DNA of 64,000 bases. Origin: Octopus vulgaris (taxonomy: Eukaryota). The notes beneath the pieces were generated by a model. The model was not told the origin of the DNA and searched no databases. It was given only the letters and a program-made list of their open reading frames with translations. Positions within the stretch are counted from its first letter, which is position 1. Each line of letters opens with the position of its first letter. The stretch covers positions 160,828,001 through 160,892,000 of the forward strand of contig OX597815.1 of NCBI GenBank assembly GCA_951406725.2, given 5' to 3'. Below are positions 63,030 to 64,000 of the stretch, in pieces. A program made the position numbers and the translations under genes.

Positions 63030-63680
63030 TCATAATTATTCTGCTTCAAGCATTGCTCTGTTTTCTTCTTGTATTTCATTTTGTCTTCTTTCAGTTATTT
63101 TAATACTTTTTATCTCAATCCTTACATCTGTTGCTTTCTGTGCTTCTTGTTGGTTTGCAGCATTTCTCTCCAGTTCATGCAGAACATTCACTTCTTGATA
63201 TATCTTTGTCTTCTTTTTCAAGTTCCAACTTGATCAGTTTCTGCAGGACTGTTTGGCTTGCAATTACCAGATATTTTCATTCAAAATTATACTTTTTTAT
63301 TCTTACACTCTTTTTCTCACTAATTTGTTCACATATTTTATTATTTCTTATAAGTCTGTCTTACCATTGTGAGTCAAAATCTATCTCCTATTATTTCTTT
63401 CCTCCCACTAAATTTCAATATCATTCTCAGTTTTCCTTCTCTCTTTCTCTGTCATTTTCTCTATCATTTATTCACTCTCTATACTCTCTATCAGATAATC
63501 TTTCTAATTTCTTCCCTCCACTGTTGAGCTCTAAGTTTCTTCTTTCCAGTTCTTTTTCTCTTACTTTATTACTTAATAATATTATCCCTTACATCCTCAC
63601 TCTTTCTTTCTGTATTTCAATGCTCATCTAACTGTTGGTAACTTTTTACTATTTCTTTAATCTCACTCTGTAGATTTTCA
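63030..63680 (-). pseudogene. Possible decayed E/K/R-rich coiled-coil coding relic
   Basis: Strong purine skew; VLHELERNAANQQEAQKATDVRIEIKSIKITERRQNEIQEENRAMLEAE with many upstream stops; no family recognised. Confidence 0.25.
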
Positions 63681-64000
63681 ACTTATTTATTCATATATCT
63701 ATCTAATTCTTCTCTTTTTATAATACTTTCTTTTTCTGTCTTCTGCTTGTCTCAGTACAGCTACTACTTCTTCCTCCTATATTCCTATACAACAATTCTT
63801 TAAGACCAACAAAGAAAATATGATAACACACGACTTGGCCTTTTATATGTAAAGATGATGCCTGATATTAGTGCTAATATTTTCATATATCAGTCAAATG
63901 AAAAATTTTCACTATTAATTTACAAGTATTCATACCCTTAGGGTTAATTCTCAGAATAATATTGAATGGAAATCTAATACTTAATGAAGTTAGATAGTAA

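Overview
This is AT-rich, microsatellite-dense eukaryotic DNA. Its repeat landscape looks like a coleoid cephalopod, most likely Octopus (inferred from repeat content, not verified). No intact protein-coding gene could be supported; nearly all ORFs in the track are translations of (TA)n/(CA)n/(TCTA)n repeats or of SINEs, so the window is probably a large intron or intergenic DNA. It contains four modular tRNA-derived SINE families (my local labels A-D), many RTE-LINE 3' ends with tandem structured repeats in the 3' UTR, and TTAA-flanked piggyBac-type, Tigger-type and hAT-type MITEs. It also holds decayed coding fossils of mariner, hAT (Charlie/Buster), RTE, R4/Dong-type and Penelope-like (GIY-YIG) elements, plus two local duplications. 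The most notable signal is a set of about eight fold-back elements built as a long inverted repeat plus a one-sided tail, mostly in or beside (TA)n tracts. Four of them carry minimal type I hammerhead ribozyme motifs with palindromic helix III, the hallmark of Penelope-like element pseudo-LTRs: two have an intact core, one has two complementary decayed copies, and one has a remnant. Coordinates of old repeats are approximate, read by eye.
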